Shown in pieces: positions 56,525 through 64,000 of a stretch of DNA of 64,000 bases. This DNA is from Mayamaea pseudoterrestris (lineage: Eukaryota). The notes beneath the pieces were generated by a model that had not been told where the DNA came from, ran no database searches, and saw only the letters and a list, made by a program, of their open reading frames with translations. Where the stretch lies: assembly GCA_027923505.1 (NCBI GenBank), contig BROI01000001.1, forward strand, positions 1,302,001 to 1,366,000, in the 5' to 3' direction. The translations under genes and the position numbers were made by a program. Each line of letters opens with the position of its first letter. Position 1 is the stretch's first letter.

Positions 56525-57217
56525 TTAACATTCCTCAACATCATTGCATTCGTCCGTCATGACCTTGTAACAAGTACTCTTACTGCTGTCGCTTCCCGGT
56601 GCAAGTACTTGATGCGCCGCTGACACATTGCCTTGATTCGTCTTGGCCGTCCAAAGAAGCACCAACCCAATGCACAACAAGGCTGCCATGAGCACGCGAT
56701 TGAATCCGGGCGAATGGCCATATTCCATCAGCCAGTCGACAAAGAGGGACGCCAAGGAGACGCCGCAGAAGCTTCCAATTCCGAAGCGACACTCCAGCTG
56801 CCAAATCAATGAGTCGAATTGACACATACTGTTGTTGCTTCCATCGTTGTTGCCGGCCGGTGCCATCAATCTCATGAAACTGCGCAAAAGCTTCTTGAGA
56901 AGAATGAGAACCGTGCACGGCACCAAGGAGGTGGTCAAGGCCCACGCGAAGCTCGTTGCAATCATGAACGACAAGGTCGGAACGTTTGCATCGCTTTCGT
57001 CGTTCGCCTCGTCAGACACTTTTCGCTGCATGGTCCACGCATGAGCCGTCAGGACGATGCACTCGACCAAGAATCCAATCAAGACGCCGAGAAGTAACGA
57101 GACGGTGCAAAAGCTTGAATGCAGCTTCATGGCGTCTTGAGCGTTGCGTCGTTCCTGCGAGTTTGCAGCGGTCGATGCCTGCGACAATGTTGGCTTCAAA
57201 AGGGGTTCCTCCATCAT
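56525..57217 (-). CDS. Uncharacterised multi-pass membrane protein (intact copy, empty copia site)
   Basis: MMEEPLL start, about four hydrophobic segments, single AACGAC at the insertion-equivalent site (~56968). Confidence 0.85.
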   Translation of the reverse strand: MMEEPLLKPTLSQASTAANSQERRNAQDAMKLHSSFCTVSLLLGVLIGFLVECIVLTAHAWTMQRKVSDEANDESDANVPTLSFMIATSFAWALTTSLVPCTVLILLKKLLRSFMRLMAPAGNNDGSNNSMCQFDSLIWQLECRFGIGSFCGVSLASLFVDWLMEYGHSPGFNRVLMAALLCIGLVLLWTAKTNQGNVSAAHQVLAPGSDSSKSTCYKVMTDECNDVEEC

Positions 57218-58131
57218 GGTGGTGCGATTGTAATGGAGCGTCCGAGTAAATCTTTGCATAAAATGAGTGTGAAGCAGGATGCATGTTTGCTTTTGACAAT
57301 GCCTTTTTCGTCCACGAAAAGTCTTGTAAGGAGGCGCGTTCGTCCATGATGATGTTCAAATTCGTCGAAAGAAAAATCTCATAGTGTCGTAGCGGTGTTC
57401 ACCACATTCGATGTTTTGCTACCCTAGTGTACCGGTAGCTACAGGCTTGTCCGCCGAGCTCTTTCTTTAACATAGCAGCAGGGACATGAAACGTAAGCGG
57501 CATCCAATGGCAATTGGAACAAGCCGGCGTCTTAAAGCGAATCCATCGATGCTACATGGATTGCTGCAGCCAAGGCGACACATGTTCAAAAGCTACATGA
57601 CCTTGCTGCAGCGTACATGGGCGAGCTCGGACCCCTTCTCGACACGAAGACTGGTATACCGTCATTGATCTCTATTGGTCTACACTAGGGCGATGCAATG
57701 GTTGGTTCGCAGTTCGTACGGCCGTACGACAAGATGGATGACGATGCATATTTGAAGCGCCACATTATAATCAACGCTGGGCAGACGGAGCCTTGCGAGT
57801 TGTAGAGGGAATCAGTTATTGAGCTTGATAGAGTCAGTGTAATTGAGCGAAGCAAGCTGGTGCTGGATGCGAAGCGAGAAATTGCAGTATCTAGAAGGTT
57901 TACTCGCTCAATTTACGAAGCATCAGTTACGAATTACGACGCCACGTACAATGTTTCTTTTTCATACTTACTTTCTAAGTCTACTGAGTGATCCGGCACA
58001 AGTCAAATCAGCTTTAGTCGACGGATATTTTTCTGCAAGCATGATTGTGGTTTCTTCCATTGTCGTTTTGTCGTTTCTCCCATGCCTTTAACAGAGCAAC
58101 GGATCGTTCATTCAACACAATCTCTAGTCAG

Positions 58132-58533
58132 CTAATCAGTCTTCTTCTCGGTCGGCAGCCCCAGCATGAGCTGCTCCTTGTTGACGGCACACTGCCTTTT
58201 GCATTCCGGCAAGCATTCCATTCTCGACTTTTGTTCCACGCCCTTTGGCTTGGTGCATTCGTACATGCACTGTGAAAGACAGCCTTCAAACTTGGGGTCC
58301 TTCTTTGTGCCTGCCAGTTTGGCATCCACCGACTTGGCGGAAACTGGTAGCGAAAGAAGCAGTAGGGATGATGCAGATGCAATAGTGGATGTGAAGAATG
58401 CTGCACGTGATTGGGGTCGCTGCTGCTGTAAAGCGGGCTTTCCGTAATGTCGTGACGAAGACGATGATGGAGTCAAGGCGTCCGACGAAAGGATTGTCAA
58501 GCATGCGAGGAGAAGCAACTTAAAAGTCTTCAT
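58132..58533 (-). CDS. Plastid/lumen Cys-rich protein, copy 2
   Basis: Paralog of 29010..29411. Confidence 0.8.
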   Translation of the reverse strand: MKTFKLLLLACLTILSSDALTPSSSSSRHYGKPALQQQRPQSRAAFFTSTIASASSLLLLSLPVSAKSVDAKLAGTKKDPKFEGCLSQCMYECTKPKGVEQKSRMECLPECKRQCAVNKEQLMLGLPTEKKTD

Positions 58534-59705
58534 TTCGTAACTTGTATATGAATGGATATTGCTATTGGACAGTTGCTTGTAGAGTCACGTTGATTGGAAG
58601 GCGAGAGACGACGACCGGATTTGGCAACTGTCATGGTGATATGCGGCGCGCCATGCGACCACTGACGTTTCTGAATGTCGCAGTGGCTATTTTGTTGTAA
58701 CGCTGCGACTTTCACCCACCAACGTCTCGCACCTTGTTTCGGCCTTCACGCTCGTCGATCTTTCAAGCTGCCGACCAGCTTTTCAAGCATAAGAATCGAC
58801 TCTATAACGGAACGGGCAGTACGCTATAAAGCTTGCCTTTTCGACGGATGTTTTTGTGGGAGTGCTGCACCGAAAGGGATGCAGAAATACCGTCGCTTAT
58901 CGAAACCCAAGAGGAGGCAGTCGAAAAATGATTGGGTCGTGTATACTCCAGGAAGAGCCACGCGAAAGGCGCTCCATGGAGCGTGCCGTGATGCCAGCGT
59001 ACATAAGTAGACACAGCTTCCATTCACTGGTTCGGCAAAAATTGTTTGCTATCGACCACCTCATTGGCCGATGCAATGCTTCATTGGTAATCATGCATTC
59101 TGCGGCTGATGGTTGTTATATCGACCCATTGGACATCATCTGACAAGCATATATCGGTCTTCATAATAGCCTTGCTCATTATAGTCTGCGCCCAGTACCG
59201 ACTTTCTTGTTGGCTGTAGTTTCGTTGGAGTATTGCTTCGCCATTCTTTAAATATTCAGAAGAGCGCGTCGATTGTTCCAGGCGTCATCATCGGGCGTCA
59301 CTGTTCACGATTCCCGGACGGAAGCGGGAATCTACAGAACTCACTGGATGCTTTCGTGAAACAGATTCGGTACTATAGATTTTTGAGTAGTACGTGGCGA
59401 GCAAGTGTGACTCACATGAGCTCGGAGAAGATATCGGCAGCTTTTCGATATCAAATCATTGAGTTTTTCGTTGCCGGTTGAGAAATAGCACGAGGGAGAA
59501 GAACATGACGCGCCTTGCTCCACTATACCCATGGTCTGATGCGTCGATTGACACATACATTGCCCAATTACATCTTCCGGCTTCCAGCGCGCCTATGGTA
59601 GGAAGTTCGGCATATTCGGCGTCCTCGAAGGAGGAGTCATATTTCACTCTTGTTTCCATTTCTCGTCCGCAAACGATCCTTCACTTTCAAACGACGCGAA
59701 GAACC

Positions 59706-60620
59706 ATGCGCACCTCAGCTTCGAAACGAGGCAGCAAACGCATTAAGCGAGTCAAGAGGCGCACTACGCACCTGGAGAAGGTCCATCATGACTACAAGGA
59801 TTGGTCTGACGCAAAGACGCCCAAAAGACACGCCAAGAATGCGCCCAAGACGAAGATTTCTGCGAGAAACACCTTTCCAATCGCCTTGTATCGCATGCTC
59901 GAATCGGCGGAGAAGAAAGGACAAGAGGATGCTATATCCTGGCAGCCTCATGGGCGAGCCTTTGTCATTCACGATCGCGACAAGTTCACTAAGGTTTTGG
60001 CCAAACACTTTAAGACAAGCAGGCTGCAGTCATTCATCCGCAATTTGAACCTTTGGAACTGGACTAGAATCTCGTCCGGTCGGGACAAGGGCGCCTACTA
60101 CCACCCACAGTTTCTTCGCGGCAAGCGGGAGCTACTCGAGCTGATTCGTCGGGTGCCCAAAAAGGGAGTCGGGGTTCGACTCCAGCCAAACCCTGAGGAC
60201 GAGCCAGACTTTTGGCAGGGACTTCCTTGGGTCATTGACGGCGAAACTAAATGCAAGGCCAACCGATCCAAGCGTCTTGCTGCGGCATCGCCTGTCGTGT
60301 CTACAGAAGCTACTCCAAGCGAGGACGAAGTCGAGGAAGAGGATACTGTCCAAGACGTTGAGATTGACGAGATTCCAAGCGCGGCAGCCATTGCAGCCGA
60401 TGACGTACCTGTCGATGTCGACGACGAACCTCCCGTCGTACCTTCCTCCTGCTCTTGGATATTTGGTGGGTCCTTCTTTGAGACGACAGTCACGGAGACG
60501 CCCTCCGGGCCAAGTCTTTTGGATTCGATTATTCCAGCGGATGTCAGCGTCGACAGTAGTGCCGACATTGATGACATCGACTTTGACCAGGAGCTGTCCG
60601 AGTTATTCATGGACATTTAA
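59706..60620 (+). CDS. HSF transcription factor, copy 2
   Basis: Paralog of 30584..31507 with an in-frame 9 nt deletion. Confidence 0.92.
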   Translation: MRTSASKRGSKRIKRVKRRTTHLEKVHHDYKDWSDAKTPKRHAKNAPKTKISARNTFPIALYRMLESAEKKGQEDAISWQPHGRAFVIHDRDKFTKVLAKHFKTSRLQSFIRNLNLWNWTRISSGRDKGAYYHPQFLRGKRELLELIRRVPKKGVGVRLQPNPEDEPDFWQGLPWVIDGETKCKANRSKRLAAASPVVSTEATPSEDEVEEEDTVQDVEIDEIPSAAAIAADDVPVDVDDEPPVVPSSCSWIFGGSFFETTVTETPSGPSLLDSIIPADVSVDSSADIDDIDFDQELSELFMDI

Positions 60621-61064
60621 TCCAGCGCGCAAACTGGAATGCAGCAGCTATACAAGCTACGGAAGCTAAATAGCAAGATCAACTATGGGAAATTTTGAAA
60701 ATCGCTGGGCTAGTTTAAGTAATAAGCGCAGGCGAATAGTCTACATCATCTTTTACGTTTCGTGCAGCAGCTGCAGTCGGCGTGCGCGCTAGAAGTAAGT
60801 AGCAGCTAAGCGTAGGTTTTCATGCATGAAGATTCCATGTGCAGTTAAAAGTCCGTCGTACGACGAAGTTGCTGCTGGAGTAACAAAACGTCGTTGTTGC
60901 TTGCAGGAAGTGGATGTCGCACTGATAACCGTTGCGATGATCAAAATTTCTGTTTCACCATCGAATCGTCGGCAAATTTTTTGACAACCAGCATCAATCA
61001 TCAATAAGCTACCCTCGTCGCTGGAACCATTGACTGCTAACTTTCGAAAGCATCGAGCGCAAGC

Positions 61065-61979
61065 ATGGTGACTGTATCAATACCGAAGAATATGAATAGC
61101 CATGCAGCAAACGACTGGATGTCGCCGAAACCACTCGGCTTGTTTCCTCAATCGAATCCATTCGTCATGACAGGCATATTCTTGATGCATTCCGTGTATC
61201 GAATACTCTACTATAGCTACGAGAATCCCAGCATTGCTGCGTATCTCTCCATACCGTCTCCGTCTTCCGATTACTGCAACAATTCCGAAAAGTGCGGACG
61301 ACCCGATCTCTTTGCCTTTCAGTGCGTCAGCGCCACGACGTTTTGGACGATTGGAATACTTTCGCTACGTACTTGGTACGCGAGAAATGGTGCGCGCAGC
61401 AAGATGCAAGTGTCGACGCCGGAGCGCCGCATCTACTCTGGACTGCCCGTGACGGAAACCATTGCCTCCATCAACTTGAGCTACCAAATATGGGACTTTT
61501 ACGTGTCGCTCTCCATCCCCGAGCACTGCACGTTCATCATGATGACGCACCACTTTGTGGCTGCCATTGTTTGCTGGAGTGTTTTGATTTCGCGGACGCT
61601 TGGTTGTCACGCCGTCTTTTTCCTGGGCATGTCGGAAGTGAGTAGCATGTGGTTGGTGCTGCTCGATATGAGCAAGTACTTTGCGCCGTCGCAACATTCC
61701 GTGGCGCACATGGTTGTGGAACACTTGGCGGGGCCACTCTTTGTCGTCACGTTTATCTACTACCGCGTCATTTTATGGTGGCGCGTGAGCTACCAGTTTT
61801 GGAACGATGTGCAGAGTGTGAAACGTACCGGCCAAGCCGAACGGCTACGACCAGGCCGGACCTGGGTGTTGCATCTGCTGCTCTCGCTAATGATTCCCAT
61901 GGGAATATTGCAGCTTTACTGGTTGACAATCATTGCGCAGGAAGTGCAGGGCGTGCTTTCAAAGGAGGAAATGGCGTAA
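61065..61979 (+). CDS. TLC domain protein, copy 2
   Basis: Paralog of 31960..32874. Confidence 0.88.
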   Translation: MVTVSIPKNMNSHAANDWMSPKPLGLFPQSNPFVMTGIFLMHSVYRILYYSYENPSIAAYLSIPSPSSDYCNNSEKCGRPDLFAFQCVSATTFWTIGILSLRTWYARNGARSKMQVSTPERRIYSGLPVTETIASINLSYQIWDFYVSLSIPEHCTFIMMTHHFVAAIVCWSVLISRTLGCHAVFFLGMSEVSSMWLVLLDMSKYFAPSQHSVAHMVVEHLAGPLFVVTFIYYRVILWWRVSYQFWNDVQSVKRTGQAERLRPGRTWVLHLLLSLMIPMGILQLYWLTIIAQEVQGVLSKEEMA

Positions 61980-62263
61980 GAGTATGCTGCAGCAGCATTT
62001 TATTGCCATTCGTGTGAGGCCAACCAGCTACTTTAGGCTCATCTGCACGACCAGATTCTGATCGATAGGATACTACTGTATACATAGTTGTATGTTTGGT
62101 GCCATTCACTAAGCAGCTACCGCAAAAGGCAGCATCAGTTAGCAAAGTTCATTTTTTAGATCTTTTTGAGAAACGGTGTGACGCAGTTGGCGAGGCTGCC
62201 GATCCTCGTCCGCCATCAACTTGTTCTTCCGCAGACAAAAGCAGCATCAAATCCTCGAAAAAC

Positions 62264-63575
62264 ATGATGCTTGCCAGTCATTCCTTCACTCGTCACGCTC
62301 GAAACCTCTTATTACATCGATCATATACAGCAACGAGTATATATCATGACCGCATTGTGGTTGCCGTCGGCGGCAATGCTTTGCAACGTCGCGGCGAGCG
62401 TTTGACGATTGAAAACATGCTCAAGGCGGCGGCCGAAATGGCTCCCACCATTGCGTCACTCGCATCCGAGCATGAGGTTGTCTTGACGCATGGAAATGGA
62501 CCGCAAGTGGGAGAGTTGGCGCTGGAGCGGTCGGCGGCATCGTACGTATGTGTCATGTCGTTGATTCGATGAGTGTATGTTCTGTGTAACGATATTATGT
62601 CACTGCTATCGCACTCAACGATGTAACGGCATCTTATGTATATACTCTATAATATCAGATTCGACGTCCTCGGAGCCGAAAGCATGGGACAGATTGGCTA
62701 CGTGCTTGCGCAGGCGCTGGCGAGCGTCGGTTGCCAAACCGTTCCAATCTTGACGCAGGTGGTCGTGGATCAATACTCGGACGCCTTTCGCAATCCAACG
62801 AAATACGTTGGTCCCGTCTACGGCGCCAAGGAGGCAATGGCTTTATCCGAGTCACTGGGATGGACGGTTCGAGCCGATGGTGAGTACTGGAGACGAGTGG
62901 TTCCTTCGCCTCCGCCGCTGGAAATCTTGCAGGTGCAGGCCGTCACGTGCCTACTGGAGCATGCGCCGAATTTGCTTCCCATTGCCTGCGGCGGAGGCGG
63001 TGTGCCGGTCATGCGAGTGCCGTCGCGACCGGAAACCTTGCTGGGAGTGGAAGCTGTCATTGATAAAGACATGTGTGGAAGCAAACTGGCGATTGAGATT
63101 GAAGCGGATGGCTACATTATTTTGACGGATGGAGGAGGTATATTCAAGGTAAGTGCTGTAACGTACAGGTTCCACTCGCTGTTGTCTACTATTTCGAAAA
63201 CCGGTTCTTAACGCTCTCTTTGTTCTCATCGTTGGTTTCTCATCGCAGAACTTTGGCAAACCAGACGCTGCTGAAATGAAGGAGGTGACTCCGGAATACT
63301 TGCTTGGTACCAAGGCTGGCAAGGGCTTTCCAGGAAGCATGGGGCCAAAGATTGAAGCGGCAATCATGTTTGTTGAGCAATCCAGGAATCCTGACAAGGT
63401 ATGGGCGGCCATTGGTGACTTGAAGGATGCCGCAAAGATTATCAAGCGCGAAGAAGGTACAGTCATCAAGCGAGACGTCAAGGACAATGTGATTTGGTGG
63501 GACAAACCACTGGCGTCGTCAACGTCACCTCCAATGCCTCCCAAGCTGTCCAAGGAGCCACCAAAGTATGGATAG
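62264..63575 (+). CDS. Carbamate kinase, copy 2; introns 62542-62658 and 63149-63248
   Basis: Same motifs and splice sites as copy 1. Confidence 0.94.
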
Positions 63576-63707
63576 TTGCGACTGAACTCTTGGTCTGGGC
63601 TTGCTACAAGGGTTTTGGTTGCGGACACATGTCGCAAAATGCTGGCACATAATTTTGAGCTATTCAACAATGTAAAGTTAACAGCGCCTGCAGTTTTTAA
63701 TGTATCG

Positions 63708-64000
63708 CTAGTAGTCATACTCATCGTCGTCACCAAGATTGTTGCTGCCGTTACCAAACAAGCCAGCGACGCAGTCGCCATTGTCCTCTGCCAGCTCCGT
63801 TGTTTTGACGGCACACTCTCGATCACGTCGAGACACCACGATTACATTAGCGCTGTCAATTTCATCGTTGCTGCCAACTTCACTGATTGGCTTTTGATGT
63901 CGATAGTACCACGAAAGTTGTTCCGACTCGACAGTGTGCTGTTGCGCCACGTGTATCTTTTGCAGCGCCGCTAGCATTGCCCGCAGCTCCATTATATTCC
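63708..64000 (-). CDS. DUS1: 3' end of DUS1-like gene, copy 2 (partial)
   Basis: ELRAML..LQ.IHV.QQH.VESEQLSWYYRHQKP...DDEYDY matches copy 1. Confidence 0.88.
   Translation of the reverse strand, partial: NIMELRAMLAALQKIHVAQQHTVESEQLSWYYRHQKPISEVGSNDEIDSANVIVVSRRDRECAVKTTELAEDNGDCVAGLFGNGSNNLGDDDEYDY

Larger units (their letters stand above)
45951..64000 (+). repeat. Diverged direct duplicate of ~10212..34880 (lacks the copia element); runs off the window end
   Basis: Collinear genes from Cwc24 to the DUS 3' end; proteins roughly 90-97% identical by eye, intergenic DNA much more diverged. Confidence 0.97.

Noticed and set aside
62951..63826. 291 aa minus-strand ORF
   Set aside because: Antisense shadow of carbamate kinase crossing its intron; not open over the same length in copy 1.

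Overview
Eukaryotic nuclear DNA, almost certainly from a diatom: compact genes, about 100-200 nt GT-AG introns, frustulin-type C(E/Q)GDCD repeats, a carbamate kinase with a mitochondrial-type presequence, and diatom-style HSF, BTB and HA proteins. Layout: (1) a polyQ gene at the left edge; (2) a ~7.3 kb satellite of ~168-175 bp monomers; (3) a gene run (Cwc24/RNF113, HA-repeat protein, small ORF, BTB protein, two paralogous membrane proteins, lumenal Cys-rich protein, HSF, TLC protein, carbamate kinase, DUS, DHHC palmitoyltransferase, secreted Cys protein, bZIP); (4) a complete, very young Ty1/copia element (identical 373 bp LTRs) inserted in one membrane-protein gene; (5) a second, different 174 bp satellite; (6) a frustulin-like gene; (7) from ~45950 to the end, a diverged direct copy of ~10212-34880, which is either a segmental duplication or a mis-joined haplotype/homeolog. 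The two copies allow an internal comparison. The best leads are a 256 bp block that is 98% conserved and predicted to be structured, lying in a putative 5'-UTR intron; a copia element with a palindromic hairpin where a tRNA primer-binding site should be, whose ORF runs into the LTR and fuses in frame with the host gene; and a 543 bp identical tract in carbamate kinase that suggests gene conversion. All comparisons were made by eye; no searches or folding programs were run.
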